Assembly (NCBI RefSeq): GCF_000485595.1
Contig: NW_014577064.1
Location: 809,981 to 844,672, forward strand
Reading direction: 5' to 3'
DNA: 34,692 nucleotides
DNA from: Priapulus caudatus
Taxonomy: Eukaryota
Positions 34,364-34,692 of this stretch are shown piece after piece. The notes under the pieces were generated by a model that did no database searches, was not told the DNA's origin, and worked only from the letters and a program-made list of their open reading frames with translations. Position numbers and translations under genes: made by a program. Position 1 is the first letter of the stretch, and every line of letters starts with the position of its first letter.

Positions 34364-34692
34364 CAGGGGCGGCGCCACAGGGGGGGCAGGGGGGGGCGGT
34401 CGCCCCCCTATAATTTGCAAGAAAAAGGAAGGAAGAAGAAGAAAAAGAAAAAGAAAAGAAAAAAGAAAAAGAAAAAGAAAAGGAAAAGAAGAAGAAGAAA
34501 AAGAAAAAGAAACATCTTGCAAATGTCTTTCAAATGATGGGTGGGGTGGGGGGTTACCCCCCCCCCATCATTTGCAAGAAAAGGTAAAGAATAAGAAGAT
34601 TCTTGCAAATAATAGGGGGATCGCCCAAAAATGTATATAAAACCTGTGCTTAATTTGATAATCGATGTCAAGGTGTTATTTCCTTGGGAGTC
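34364..34692. mobile_element. CAGGGGCG-type TIR element start with an (AAAAG)n/(AAG)n tract, cut by the window end
   Basis: CAGGGGCGGCGCCACAGGGGGGGCAGGGGGGG followed by a purine microsatellite. Confidence 0.55.

Noticed and set aside
14447..34692. Upstream cytochrome b5 exon(s) for the sulfite oxidase
   Set aside because: No HPGG-type heme-binding exon was recognised on the minus strand by eye, and an in-frame stop precedes the ATG. This was not an exhaustive computational search.

Overview
Eukaryotic, most likely invertebrate-animal, genomic DNA: AT-rich introns, (TTAGGG)n tracts, dense non-autonomous DNA transposons and two N gaps. The one complete gene is a 10-coding-exon sulfite oxidase on the minus strand (14425->6151). 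Hand-splicing gives all GT-AG introns, consistent phases and a 383-aa protein. It has only the Mo-cofactor and dimerisation domains: no cytochrome b5 heme domain or mitochondrial presequence, an in-frame stop 4 codons before the ATG, and a PTS1-like C-terminus (-AKSKY). This is the plant-type, peroxisomal, O2-using architecture rather than the classic animal mitochondrial enzyme. The rest is TIR elements with identifiable 3-, 5-, 6-, 7- and 8-bp target-site duplications, Helentron/HINE-like repeats, and an isolated exon encoding a P2X7-ballast/nanor-like Cys-rich domain near a Kolobok-like end. There are also two near-identical local duplications (about 1.2-1.5 kb x2; about 4.4 kb x2 plus a partial third copy) that look like assembly or haplotype artefacts. 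All comparisons to known proteins are from memory, not database searches.
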